Numbered from the stretch's first letter, positions 1 to 10,012 are shown. The stretch is DNA of 54,198 bases from an uncultured Gammaproteobacteria bacterium (GCA_964432675.1 CAYSOG010000008.1:1-54198); one strand, 5' to 3'. Notes: generated from the sequence alone by a model not told the origin. Program-made: numbers and translations.

Positions 1-735
1 TCCCAAAGGTGTTACTTTAGCTGGCGGTAACGTCACAATTCAAATGTAGTTGATGGAAATATTGATGCGGCGGTTGGACAACTCATATTAAGCCCAGGAG
101 CAAAAGTTGGCGGTAACGTACTATATGTTAGTAAAAACCAAGCCCAAATAATGAACGGCGCAACGGTGAGCGGCACTATTACGCAAAAGCAGCCTCCAGC
201 TTCATCAAACCCGCCACCCCAAGCAACTGCTTCTGTTATCGGCGCGATAACTGGTATAACGATTTTCTTTAAGATTATTGGCCTGCTTTCCTCGCTTGTT
301 GTTGGTTTCTTGTTATTGCGTTTTGTGCCGATATATTCTCAAAGGATAACGACAACAATTTTAGAAAAGTCATTGGTATCTGTAGGCATTGGTATCTTAG
401 CGGTTATTGTTTGGCCGGTTGCTATTATCGCCTTGTTGGTCACTATTATTGGTATACCATTGGCACTTATTGCGCTTTTCACACTACTCGTTTTTGTAAT
501 ACTAGCCCATATTGTTGTAGCAGCTGCAGTTGGGCAAAAAGTATTACAATGGCTTAACATTACCTCCAGTAGTTATCTTGCCTTTGTGGTTGGACTTTTA
601 TTAATCGCCATTTTAAGTCTTCTTCCGGTTTTGGGTGGGATTGTAAACTTCTTCGTATATGTAACCGGTATTGGGGCGCTGCTTATAGAAAAAAAGGCAC
701 TCTACATTCGACTTCGCCAAGCTAAGGAAATATAA
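1..735 (+). CDS. 5'-truncated membrane protein with bactofilin/polymer-forming-like repeats and a multi-TM C-terminus; apparent frameshift near nt 40-43
   Basis: Frame 2 reads PKGVTLAGGNVTI, then frame 1 continues NVVDGNIDAAVGQLILSPGAKVGGNV into ORF 151..735; the C-terminal half is hydrophobic. Confidence 0.65.
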
Positions 736-803
736 TCCGCCAATACACTCCTTACATGTCGTACAATCCAATATTAATCCTTCTATAGTTTATATTTTGC
801 TTA

Positions 804-843
804 TTAATTAAGACTTGACTTAATTAAGTAAATACTTTAATAT
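804..843 (+). promoter_or_regulatory. sigma70 promoter overlapped by tandem inverted-repeat operators (probable ArsR autoregulation)
   Basis: TTGACT(815)-17-TAATAT(838); TTAATTAAG-N6-CTTAATTAA (804-827) and TTAAG-N6-CTTTA (824-839). Confidence 0.7.
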
Positions 844-849
844 CAATGT

Positions 850-1188
850 ATGGATGTATTTTCAGCCTTGGCCGAACCAACACGCCGCGATATTGTCGAA
901 TTACTTGCCTTAAACGGGCAGTTGTCTGCGACAGACATCTCAAATAATTTCACTGTTAGCCCCCCGGCTATTTCACAACATCTTAAAGTACTTCGTGATA
1001 CTAAATTAGTTCAAGTAGAAAAACGGGCCCAACAACGGTTGTACCAGCTTAATCCTGCTAAAATTTCAGAGCTGGATTCGTGGGTCAAAAAAATGACCCA
1101 CCTTTGGGAAGTACGATTTGATACCCTGAATGAAGTTCTCAAGAAAGAAAATACGAAAAATAATAAATTGAAGTCCCGCCTTCGTTAA
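850..1188 (+). CDS. ArsR/SmtB family transcriptional regulator
   Basis: VFSALAEPTRRDI...SPPAISQHLKVLR...QRLY wHTH signature. Confidence 0.93.
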   Translation: MDVFSALAEPTRRDIVELLALNGQLSATDISNNFTVSPPAISQHLKVLRDTKLVQVEKRAQQRLYQLNPAKISELDSWVKKMTHLWEVRFDTLNEVLKKENTKNNKLKSRLR

Positions 1189-1220
1189 AACTACTGCGAG
1201 GTGAGAAAGGATAAAATAAT

Positions 1221-1721
1221 ATGGCCGATGACCAAAAAATAGTGTTTTCCCGTGTATTCGATGCTCCTAGAGAAAAAGTATGGGAAGCATGGACAGATCC
1301 AGAAATAGCCAAAAAATGGTGGGGGCCGAAGGACTTTACCGCGCCGTCGATGAAAATTGACTTAAAAGTTGGTGGAAAATATATCTACTGCATGCATGGC
1401 CCGGCGGGAACGGATTTTGATAAGGATATGTATAGTGCTGGAGAATTCAAGGAAATTGTTCCAAACGAAAAGCTTGTTGTGACAGACTATTTTTCTGATG
1501 AGAACGGCAATCTGGTTGATCCAACAACCTACGGCATGGGAGAGAATTTTCCAAAAGAAAGTATTGTTACGGTTACCTTTGAGGAAGTCGACGACAATAA
1601 GACAAAACTTTCCATCATCTATATGCCTGAATCCGAAGCCGCAGCCGAAGCCATGAAAAAGACCGGTATGGACGAGGGTTGGAACCAGACCTTAGACAAA
1701 CTTGCCGAGGTTCTGAGATAA
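1221..1721 (+). CDS. SRPBCC (AHSA1-like) domain protein
   Basis: RVFDAPREKVWEAWTDPE...WWGP...GW...LDKL. Confidence 0.92.
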   Translation: MADDQKIVFSRVFDAPREKVWEAWTDPEIAKKWWGPKDFTAPSMKIDLKVGGKYIYCMHGPAGTDFDKDMYSAGEFKEIVPNEKLVVTDYFSDENGNLVDPTTYGMGENFPKESIVTVTFEEVDDNKTKLSIIYMPESEAAAEAMKKTGMDEGWNQTLDKLAEVLR

Positions 1722-1787
1722 GCTATCCTACTCCCTTCTCTAAAGAAGAAAGAATAGGACTTTGGATATTAAATTGGAGGAAACTTT

Positions 1788-2267
1788 ATGCAAAAAATTA
1801 CCCCATGTTTATGGTTCGATAATGAGGCTGAAGAGGCGGCGAATTTCTATACATCGTTATTTGATGACGGAAAAATACTAAAAACCACACATTTCACTGC
1901 CGAAACACCTTCCAATAAGCCTATCGGCAGTGTTTTGACGGTTTCTTTTCAAATCGCCGGACAAGAATTCATGGCGCTAAACGGCGGCCCAGAATTTAAG
2001 TTCAACGAGTCGATCTCGTTTGTCATCAATTGCGAAACGCAGGCAGAAATTGACGAATTATGGCAAAAACTTTCAGCAGACCTGAATGCGGAAGCCTGTG
2101 GCTGGTTGAAGGATAAATACGGTATGTCTTGGCAAATTGTGCCGTCAATTATGGATGAATTAGTTGACGATGCCGACCGCGAAAAGTCGGCACGAGCCTT
2201 GAAAGCACTGTTAGAAATGAAGAAGCTTGACATTGCAAAATTAAAAGCTGCATACGAAGGAAAATAA
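1788..2267 (+). CDS. VOC family protein (3-demethylubiquinone-9 3-methyltransferase-like/PhnB)
   Basis: MQKITPCLWF...ALNGGP...CGWLKDKYGMSWQIVP. Confidence 0.92.
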   Translation: MQKITPCLWFDNEAEEAANFYTSLFDDGKILKTTHFTAETPSNKPIGSVLTVSFQIAGQEFMALNGGPEFKFNESISFVINCETQAEIDELWQKLSADLNAEACGWLKDKYGMSWQIVPSIMDELVDDADREKSARALKALLEMKKLDIAKLKAAYEGK

Positions 2268-2309
2268 TAAAAGACAAGTTGGTTGCAATTATAATGCTCA
2301 TGGCATAAG

Positions 2310-2699
2310 ATGCACCTAGTGAAAAGGCAAGGAATCCTTTGTTTCCTTAAACGTAATAACGAGGTATGTTTAGTGAAAGTTGATTATGGTAACGGCAAGC
2401 TAATTTGGAACGGAGTAAGCGGTTTTATTGAACCTGGTGAAACATCAGAAGAGGCAGTATTACGCGAAGTGGAAGAGGAAATTGGAGTTCGTATTGATTC
2501 CTCATCGCTACTTTTTAAGGGAACACAAGCTATTTCTAGCAACCTTGCATTGGATACATTTATTGCAACAAAATGGCAAGGGAATCCGAAGCCAAAAGAG
2601 GAAAGCATAAAAATGGTGAAATGGTTCGCCATCGAGAATATGCCTTTTCCAGAAATGTTTGCTAATAATCAAGCCTGGATTCCAAGTATAATAAAATAA
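2310..2699 (+). CDS. NUDIX hydrolase
   Basis: Nudix box GFIEPGETSEEAVLREVEEEIG. Confidence 0.9.
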   Translation: MHLVKRQGILCFLKRNNEVCLVKVDYGNGKLIWNGVSGFIEPGETSEEAVLREVEEEIGVRIDSSSLLFKGTQAISSNLALDTFIATKWQGNPKPKEESIKMVKWFAIENMPFPEMFANNQAWIPSIIK

Positions 2700-2714
2700 C
2701 AAAGGAGGTACTTC

Positions 2715-3104
2715 ATGTTTAATGCAAAAGCAGCATTTGCAGGATTTTCGGTTGATGATCTTGGAAAGGCTAAGCAATTTTATACAGAAACACTTGGGTT
2801 AAAGATCCACAGTGAAGAAATGGGTATCAGTTTTCAGCTGCCAGGCGGCGGCGGATTATTCGTCTATCCAAAGCCAAACCATGAGCCAGCAACGTATACG
2901 GTGTTAAATTTTGTTGTTGAGGATATTGATCAAGCTGTTGATGAACTAACGAGCCTTGGGGTACAGTTTGAGCATTACGACATGGGTGAAATTAAGACCG
3001 ACGATAAAGGTATCGCACGCAGTCCTTCTGCTGACAAAGGCCCTGATATTGCCTGGTTTAAAGACCCAGCCGGCAATATCCTTTCAGTGCTGCAAAATAA
3101 ATAA
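2715..3104 (+). CDS. VOC/glyoxalase family protein
   Basis: FSVDDL..AKQFY..TLGL...AWFKDPAGNILS; AAGGAGG SD. Confidence 0.92.
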   Translation: MFNAKAAFAGFSVDDLGKAKQFYTETLGLKIHSEEMGISFQLPGGGGLFVYPKPNHEPATYTVLNFVVEDIDQAVDELTSLGVQFEHYDMGEIKTDDKGIARSPSADKGPDIAWFKDPAGNILSVLQNK

Positions 3105-3110
3105 CATGTT

Positions 3111-3199
3111 TTCGTCCTTGCGAGGTACGAAGCAATCTTCTCCATTGTGGAGCATCCCGACCAAGATTGCCACCCTCGTCCCTCGCTTGCAATGACGAA
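3111..3199. repeat. REP/MITE-like palindromic intergenic element
   Basis: Termini TTCGTCCTTGC...GCAATGACGAA with inner GCAATCTT/AAGATTGC stem; related element at 44044. Confidence 0.65.
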
Positions 3200-3220
3200 C
3201 TATCTTAAGAAAGGAAAAAT

Positions 3221-3592
3221 ATGAAACTCAATTTCGCGTCGATTTTATTATTTAGTGAAAATTCGAAAGAACTTGGGGATTTTTACAAGAAAGTTTTTGA
3301 TAAGGATCCGGAATGGTCAGATGGTGGCTATTATGGGTTCTTGGTTGGTAATGGATTTTTCACTGTTGGGCCACATGATAAGGTCCACGGCAAGAATTCG
3401 GATCCAAACCGGATTTTGCTTAACTTCGAAACCGAAGAAGTTGAGGAAGAATTTAAACGCATCAAAGACCTCGGCGCAACAGTCGTGGCCGAGCCTTATC
3501 ACCCGATGGAAGACGAAAGCGTAATGATCGCAACGCTTGCCGATCCAGACGGCAACTACTTCCAAGTAATGACCCCTTGGAAAGGCGAATAG
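3221..3592 (+). CDS. VOC/glyoxalase family protein
   Basis: FYKKVF...LNFE...LGAT...TLADPDGNYFQ. Confidence 0.9.
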   Translation: MKLNFASILLFSENSKELGDFYKKVFDKDPEWSDGGYYGFLVGNGFFTVGPHDKVHGKNSDPNRILLNFETEEVEEEFKRIKDLGATVVAEPYHPMEDESVMIATLADPDGNYFQVMTPWKGE

Positions 3593-3627
3593 GTCAACGT
3601 TAATAAATTCAAAGGAGAAATAATGTT

Positions 3628-4035
3628 ATGGCTCAATTAAGCCCGTATTTAACATTTCAAAGTGAAACCGCCGAGGCGATGAAATTTTATCAGTCGATCT
3701 TTGGGGGCGAGTTAAAAATGCAGACTTTTGGTGAAAGTGGTATGCCGACGTCGGATGAAGACAAAGACAAAATCGTTCACGCCGATTTACGGGGTGATGT
3801 TGCGTTTATGGCCAGTGATGGGGGCAGCCAGCATGAAATCCACATGGGCGATAATATCAGCATGAGCATCTCAGGTGCAGAAGAAGACAAACTAAAAGGG
3901 TATTTTGAAAAGCTCTCAGAAGGCGGAAAAGTTACGATGCCACTTGCTAAGCAATTTTGGGGTGACATGTTCGGCATGGTAACCGATAAATTTGGTGTCC
4001 ACTGGATGGTTAACATTTCAGCACCAAAATCCTAA
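3628..4035 (+). CDS. VOC family, PhnB-like protein
   Basis: LSPYLTF...AMKFYQSIFGG...FWGDMFGMVTDKFGVHWMVN. Confidence 0.92.
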   Translation: MAQLSPYLTFQSETAEAMKFYQSIFGGELKMQTFGESGMPTSDEDKDKIVHADLRGDVAFMASDGGSQHEIHMGDNISMSISGAEEDKLKGYFEKLSEGGKVTMPLAKQFWGDMFGMVTDKFGVHWMVNISAPKS

Positions 4036-4152
4036 TCAGAAGTTCTAGTCCATCGCCATCCTTAGTGATACGCCATCAACTCACTGGTATATGCCGAGCC
4101 AGAGCGATGCCTTTTAAACTTAAGTAAAGGTATCTCCATCTATACCTACAAT

Positions 4153-4479
4153 ATGAATAATGTCATAATTGGCAAGGGAAATTTAGCGGGAAAAGGTGTA
4201 TATGCCAATAAGGATTTTAAGAAGGGTGAAGTTGTTATTCAGTATCACCTTAGACCATTATCCAAAGAGGAATACAAAAAGTTGCCAAAGAGTGAAAAAA
4301 TGTTTACCCACACTCATTGGGGGCAAATTAACCTCTATTCTGAACCTGAACGTTATGTGAACCACTCATTCAGTGGTAATGTCTACCAAGACTTAGTTAA
4401 GCAGTGCGACATCGCTCTGCGCGATATTAAAAAGGGTGAACCAATCACTGGTGATGCGACAAAAGATGATGTTTATTAA
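4153..4479 (+). CDS. small SET-domain protein
   Basis: GKGVYA..DFKKGEV, RYVNHS, IALRDIKKGEPIT. Confidence 0.85.
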   Translation: MNNVIIGKGNLAGKGVYANKDFKKGEVVIQYHLRPLSKEEYKKLPKSEKMFTHTHWGQINLYSEPERYVNHSFSGNVYQDLVKQCDIALRDIKKGEPITGDATKDDVY

Positions 4480-4487
4480 ATAGGTAT

Positions 4488-5069
4488 ATGAGAAAAATAT
4501 TCTTGTTTATGATGGTGAGTTTGGATGGGTTTTTTGAAGGGCCGGACCACGACCTAAGTTGGCATAATGTTGATGAGGAATTTAACGACTATGCGATTGC
4601 GCAAACGAAAAGTATTGATACACTGCTGTTTGGGCGACGGACGTATGAGTTGATGGCGGAATATTGGCCAAGTGAGGATGCGCGAAAGACCGATCCGATT
4701 GTTGCCGATCTTATGAATAATACCCCGAAAGTTGTCTTTTCAAAAACGCTTCACAATGTCCAAGAAACTAACTACTGGAAGAACGTCCGTCTTATCCATG
4801 ATAATATTGCTGAAGAGGTTAAAAAACTGAAAGAGCAACCTGGGAAAGATCTTGCAGTCTATGGCAGTAATAACTTTGCCGTTAGTCTTATCCAGATCGG
4901 CCTACTCGACGAAATTAGAGTGATGATAAATCCTGTTGTCATCGGCAAAGGTACACCACTGTTTGCTGGTATCCAAAATAAATTAAGTCTCAAGTGTATA
5001 AATACCAAAGCGTTCCATAATGGCAATGTTTTGCTGTATTATCAACCAATAAATACGCCCTCAAAGTAA
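4488..5069 (+). CDS. dihydrofolate reductase family protein (RibD C-terminal-like)
   Basis: MVSLDGFFEGP...LLFGRRTYE...GLLDE...PVVIGKGTPLF. Confidence 0.92.
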   Translation: MRKIFLFMMVSLDGFFEGPDHDLSWHNVDEEFNDYAIAQTKSIDTLLFGRRTYELMAEYWPSEDARKTDPIVADLMNNTPKVVFSKTLHNVQETNYWKNVRLIHDNIAEEVKKLKEQPGKDLAVYGSNNFAVSLIQIGLLDEIRVMINPVVIGKGTPLFAGIQNKLSLKCINTKAFHNGNVLLYYQPINTPSK

Positions 5070-5183
5070 ATAGAAGCATTATCCGGTTATACGTTGCCAC
5101 CTTCCTACCATATAAATGGTATATTGACAACAGATGTCTTGACATATAATTAGGCCATCGACTAAAGAAAGGGGGTGTTTTTG

Positions 5184-5432
5184 ATGCCATTATTTATGGG
5201 AAAACATAAACTGTTAGAAAACATGACCGAAGAAGACATAAAAGAAGGTTGGGAAAAATATAAAGTAGCCGCGACACAGCGGGGATTAAAGCCTCTTCAT
5301 GCTAACTTAAGTGTTGCAAACGGTTTTGCCTATTGTGAAACAGAAGCGCCAAATGCCCAGGCAGTTCGTGATGCCCACGAAGCTGCTGAAGTACCGGTTG
5401 AGGATGTTATTGAAATAACTGTTTTGGAATAA
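5184..5432 (+). CDS. DUF4242/SCO4226-like small protein
   Basis: MPLFM..H...AYCETEAPNAQAVRDAH; SD upstream of ATG 5184. Confidence 0.7.
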   Translation: MPLFMGKHKLLENMTEEDIKEGWEKYKVAATQRGLKPLHANLSVANGFAYCETEAPNAQAVRDAHEAAEVPVEDVIEITVLE

Positions 5433-5531
5433 TATACAACTTGCGCGCATTACTATTACCATGCTGCTTAAATCAGCCTTGCTAATAGCATGTTGCTGGT
5501 ATTGTGCTCTTGCTGTGGTATACTTTTGGCC

Positions 5532-6410
5532 ATGAAAACACCCGAGCTTGGTCGCAGTATATTGTTGGCGACGACACTGATAAGCGCAGGTGCATGTGCC
5601 TCGATTAAAGAACCGCATCCTACCATAAGACCGTCTCATGCTATATCTTGTCCATTACTGGTAGAACCCCCACATGCACCATTACGATTTGGCCGCATAG
5701 AAAGTTCAAGTATCTATGTTGATAAACCAATGCCGACAACAGATGAGTATAATTTCTTTGTAAGCCAAGCATTTGTTGCCCGCTACGTCCTTGAGAAAAC
5801 ATTTACAACTGATCAATACAGTGTTATGCATCCTGCAAATAGCACTTCCCCCACACCATTTTTCTTTGATTCATTCCCTGCTAGAAGCTTACAAGCACCA
5901 GACAACCCCTTTACGCTCCTTAGTAAGTATGCAATGGAAGCTCGCGCTTCAAACAGAGGCGCTGATGGCTATGCTATTCACCTTAATGATCTAGTAGTAA
6001 ACGATATAGTACCACCGCTTCCTGAGCTTCTAAAAAGTAATAACGCCAAGCTATTAATTTTGACTCACTATACCGACCCACAAGACAGATTGCGATTTTG
6101 TGCAATGCCAAACCAGTTCGAAGTGCAATTTGGGGCCCAGCTTAAACGACCATTAGCAAATGGCGAAGAAGCAGAACAATATGTAAGGGCATTTATCCGT
6201 GGTATACCGACGAATAGGGATGAAGTAGATAATGGCATAGCGAAACACATATATGCCCAGTACAAAAGTCCGCAAAAGGAAATTCCAAATTATATCAGCG
6301 ATACACCATTTATGATAACGTATGCACAGCAAGGGAAGTATGGAGAAGAAATAATTACTGTTTCAGTGACCGCACTTGGCATTATAAGTTACTCATTTAA
6401 ACCACGATAA
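5532..6410 (+). CDS. hypothetical exported protein, possible lipoprotein
   Basis: ATG 5532 lies 7 nt after TATACT; signal peptide ends LISAGA-C. Confidence 0.6.
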   Translation: MKTPELGRSILLATTLISAGACASIKEPHPTIRPSHAISCPLLVEPPHAPLRFGRIESSSIYVDKPMPTTDEYNFFVSQAFVARYVLEKTFTTDQYSVMHPANSTSPTPFFFDSFPARSLQAPDNPFTLLSKYAMEARASNRGADGYAIHLNDLVVNDIVPPLPELLKSNNAKLLILTHYTDPQDRLRFCAMPNQFEVQFGAQLKRPLANGEEAEQYVRAFIRGIPTNRDEVDNGIAKHIYAQYKSPQKEIPNYISDTPFMITYAQQGKYGEEIITVSVTALGIISYSFKPR

Positions 6411-6596
6411 AGCTAAAGGTTTTTATAAAAATTCGAGAAATTTTGGAAGAAGCCCAATATATTCCTCACAGACATAAAAAGACTACGTTTAGATTTTTAC
6501 ATCCCATAGTTGAAATTATTAGTTTGCATTAGGTATAATTACCCGAATACGCGGCTATTGTGGTTCGTGTACTTGTAGGGGAAGAGGAGTACGTTC

Positions 6597-7091
6597 ATGT
6601 TTGGCTTAGTAAATAAGGGTGATCTTGATGCGCTTGAAAGTCGGCTAAATTCGAGACAAGACAGAGCAGCGGCAGATGCACTTAAAAATGCAACACCTGA
6701 TATTATTCGTTCGGTCAAGCAACAACTAACACCATCAACTGTCTTGGAACTTAGTACAACCGAGCAAGTGACACTTGATGAGGTTATAACGCGGGTCTTG
6801 GCGCAGCTTGCTCCGATGGTACAACAACACCTTACGGAAGCGGTCGAGAATATTGATGTTGGGGCAATCGCTGATCGGCTCTACAATGATACGAGGATAG
6901 AAGAAATTGAGGATGGCATTGCTGACAAGCTAAGAGACCAAGTCTATGAGGCTCTCGACTTAAATAGAATAGCTGAAGTAATTGCCGAGAAGATCGTAGA
7001 TGATGATTACCTCAATATGAGCGAAGTAGAAGAACAAATTGCCAATACGGTGTCTGACCGTATGGTAATTAACTTACGGCCGCAAACCTAA
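6597..7091 (+). CDS. hypothetical acidic helical protein
   Basis: 164-aa ORF, GAGGAG SD, terminator downstream. Confidence 0.7.
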   Translation: MFGLVNKGDLDALESRLNSRQDRAAADALKNATPDIIRSVKQQLTPSTVLELSTTEQVTLDEVITRVLAQLAPMVQQHLTEAVENIDVGAIADRLYNDTRIEEIEDGIADKLRDQVYEALDLNRIAEVIAEKIVDDDYLNMSEVEEQIANTVSDRMVINLRPQT

Positions 7092-7137
7092 CTGCTAGAA
7101 CGAACCACTTTTTAAAGTTAAGCCCACTAACTTATTT

Positions 7138-7175
7138 GACGCTGTAGAAATAAATTCATCTGCAGCGTCTTTTTT
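7138..7175 (+). terminator. intrinsic terminator
   Basis: GACGCTGTAGA...TCTGCAGCGTC followed by T6. Confidence 0.75.
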
Positions 7176-7207
7176 ATTGCTAAAAATTTCCAAGTATCAT
7201 TTTCTTT

Positions 7208-7864
7208 CTATTTGCAACTTGGCCAAGAGCTTTGTTCGCCTTTTGAAATCATGTATGCCGCAGTTTTAATTGCTTCTTCTGGATCGTTTCGAAGTGAATC
7301 ATCAGTACTAAGCCCCATGAGCTGCCGTACCGTTGCCCATGACTGTGCCGCAAACTGGTACATGCCACGATAATAACCATTACCCCCGGATTTTGGGTTC
7401 ATTCCCGATTCACATTGGGCAATCCGTTTCAATAAATCCTTGTCAATGTGGTACTGGTCGCTATATTTGGTAAAGAGAGCTTCCAAATCTACTGGTGCTG
7501 TTGGCGAAGGCGTGGGTGTGACTGTTGGAGTTGCAGTTGGCGTTGCTGTTGACGTAACCGGTGTCGTAGTGGCTAGGGCGATAATTTTCGGCTTTGGTTT
7601 ACTACTTGGTTTTGGCGTGGGTGAAGGTGTGGGAGTTGCTGTGGGGGTGGGAGAAGGTGTTTCAGGTGGCGTTGGCAGAATAATTTCGGCTCGTACAGTT
7701 GCGACTTGTGGTTTGTCTATTTTGGTGACGCCAACCGACGACAATGCAGCGGACCAAAGAGCAACCGGTGGATAAAAGGGCAAGCGAATTAGTAAAGCAC
7801 ACGTTAAGGTAACAAGCCCAAGCAGCATGGCTATCATGATATTGGAAATACAAGTGGAAGTCAA
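7208..7864 (-). CDS. membrane-anchored lytic transglycosylase with Rpf-like domain on a Pro/Thr stalk
   Basis: IAQCESG...GNGYYRGMYQF...W...WPSC; PT-rich linker; N-terminal TM; exact start uncertain. Confidence 0.85.
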   Translation of the reverse strand: MTSTCISNIMIAMLLGLVTLTCALLIRLPFYPPVALWSAALSSVGVTKIDKPQVATVRAEIILPTPPETPSPTPTATPTPSPTPKPSSKPKPKIIALATTTPVTSTATPTATPTVTPTPSPTAPVDLEALFTKYSDQYHIDKDLLKRIAQCESGMNPKSGGNGYYRGMYQFAAQSWATVRQLMGLSTDDSLRNDPEEAIKTAAYMISKGEQSSWPSCK

Positions 7865-7954
7865 ATCGCTGCCTTTAAACTTCTGGTGTGATCATATTTT
7901 ATGCTCGAATACCCCCTCTAAGGGAAGGGAGTAGATCGTGCTATACTAAAAGCC

Positions 7955-9700
7955 ATGATTGTATTGCTCGTCTTTGCCTTTTTAGCAGGACTAGTTACTA
8001 TTTTATCTCCTTGTATCTGGCCCATTTTACCGATTGTTTTGTCGACTAGTATTACTGGACAAGGGCACAAGCGCCCCCTTGGTATAACGCTTGGTGTCAT
8101 TATTAGCTTTGCTGTTCTTACCTTGGCAATCTCTTCCCTTGTCAAACTATTCCATTTTGACCCTAATATTTTGCGGCTTATCGCTGTTATTGTCATTGCA
8201 TTCTTAGGGCTTTCGATGTTAATTCCGCAGTTGTCAAAGCTGATGGAACTTGCCTTTTCTCGACTTGCAGGTCTCTTTGGAAAAAGTAGTGAAGGGCATG
8301 GTAGAGGATTTTGGTCCGGCTTTTTTACCGGCCTAACACTTGGTGTTATTTGGTCACCTTGTGCTGGCCCAATTTTAGCGGCGATTGCCACACTGGCCGC
8401 AACTGGTCGAGTTACGTCTGAGGTTGTCTTTGTCACAGCAGCCTATGTTATTGGTATTGGAATACCATTATTTTTGTTTGCCTATGGTGGCCAACTTGTT
8501 TTTACGAAAACTAGGTTTATTTCAGCTTACACTGGTCGTATTCAACAAGTTTTTGGTGTTCTTATGCTGCTTGCGGCCGTTGCAATTTACATGAATTGGG
8601 ATATAGCGCTACAAGCTAAATTATTAAATGCCTTCCCCCAACTTAATAGCACCTTAAATAGCTTCGAGTCTAATTCCCAAGTTAAAAACCAACTTAACGC
8701 CCTCAAAGGCACGTCGCAATCTACGCTTTATTCTGTTGGCGGTGGGAATAGCCTCTTTAATACCAATGTACCTGCCCCTGGCTTTGATGGCGCGACGAAA
8801 TGGTTGAATACTGACAAACCATTATCGCTCAAAGATCTTAAAGGGAAAGTTGTGCTTGTCGATTTTTGGACATACACTTGCATCAATTGCATCCGCACGC
8901 TGCCCCATGTAACCGCCTGGTATGACAAATACAAAGACCAGGGATTTGTTGTTATTGGCGTCCACACGCCGGAATTTGCCTTTGAGCATGATACAAACAA
9001 TGTCCAAAATGCCATAAAACAATTTGGCATCCACTATCCGGTGCCGCAAGACAATAACTATGCTATTTGGAATAACTTTAATAACGAATACTGGCCGGCG
9101 GAATATTTAATCGATGCCAAGGGGAACGTCCGTCGCACCCATTTTGGTGAGGGTGAGTATGACCAAACTGAGCAGGCGATTCAAGCTTTATTGAAAGAGG
9201 CTGGACAAAACGTTACAGCATCGCTTGAAACTATGCCTGACCAAACGCCAAAAACGCAATTGTCACCAGAAACCTATCTTGGGGCTAAACGTATGGAATT
9301 CTATTATCCTGATGGTAATACGGGCATCGGTCAAAAGACATTTACGCAAGCTACGGGACTGCCAACGAATACCTTTGGTCTTTCTGGTGACTGGAATATC
9401 ACCGATGAAAATGCGATAACTGGCCGGAATGCTGTTTTAACGTATCACTTTTTTGCCGATAAAGTGTTCTTGGTTTTGCGCCCTGGATCGGCTGGTGCCA
9501 ATGCTAAGGTGAAAGTCTTAATCGATAATAAACCGGTGGACAATACGAATGCCGGCCAAGATGTCCAAAACGGTGTTGTGACAATCGATTCTGACAGACT
9601 TTACAATCTCATAGATCTCGAAGGCAAACCCGGCGACCACACACTCCGTCTCGAATTTCAGTCTCCAGGTACCGAAGTTTATGCGTTCACTTTTGGTTGA
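7955..9700 (+). CDS. dipZ: DipZ (CcdA/DsbD membrane domain + TlpA-like thioredoxin + C-terminal domain)
   Basis: LSPCIWPILP, WSPCAGP, DFWTYTCINC, GVHTPEF, terminal YAFTFG. Confidence 0.92.
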   Translation: MIVLLVFAFLAGLVTILSPCIWPILPIVLSTSITGQGHKRPLGITLGVIISFAVLTLAISSLVKLFHFDPNILRLIAVIVIAFLGLSMLIPQLSKLMELAFSRLAGLFGKSSEGHGRGFWSGFFTGLTLGVIWSPCAGPILAAIATLAATGRVTSEVVFVTAAYVIGIGIPLFLFAYGGQLVFTKTRFISAYTGRIQQVFGVLMLLAAVAIYMNWDIALQAKLLNAFPQLNSTLNSFESNSQVKNQLNALKGTSQSTLYSVGGGNSLFNTNVPAPGFDGATKWLNTDKPLSLKDLKGKVVLVDFWTYTCINCIRTLPHVTAWYDKYKDQGFVVIGVHTPEFAFEHDTNNVQNAIKQFGIHYPVPQDNNYAIWNNFNNEYWPAEYLIDAKGNVRRTHFGEGEYDQTEQAIQALLKEAGQNVTASLETMPDQTPKTQLSPETYLGAKRMEFYYPDGNTGIGQKTFTQATGLPTNTFGLSGDWNITDENAITGRNAVLTYHFFADKVFLVLRPGSAGANAKVKVLIDNKPVDNTNAGQDVQNGVVTIDSDRLYNLIDLEGKPGDHTLRLEFQSPGTEVYAFTFG

Positions 9701-9779
9701 TAGCGCAGGTATTGTTCTCCCTATTATTATAGGTTATAATATGCCTGTCTTTCCGATGCTTAGCTAGGTGGAGAGTATC

Positions 9780-10001
9780 ATGTTCAAGCTTATTGGAAGT
9801 CTAGGAGCACTCATACTTGATATTTTAGGTCTATCCTTCCTTATACCGTTTGCTTGGTTAACATTATTAGGAATAGACGAAATGAATCAAGCTAAGGTTG
9901 TGATATTTGGCATAGGTGCTATAGTAGCTGCATTATGCTTTATTGCAGGCGTATTACTACATATAGCAGTATCAGTAGAAGTTATTGAAAGGAAGCATTA
10001 G
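9780..10001 (+). CDS. small 2-TM hypothetical protein
   Basis: Hydrophobic ORF with GGAGAG SD. Confidence 0.55.
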   Translation: MFKLIGSLGALILDILGLSFLIPFAWLTLLGIDEMNQAKVVIFGIGAIVAALCFIAGVLLHIAVSVEVIERKH

Positions 10002-10012
10002 GAAAGTTATCG

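Noticed and set aside
4036-4152. Fluoride riboswitch (GGCGATGG on the minus strand)
   Set aside because: The remaining conserved elements are missing and the orientation is opposite to the flanking genes
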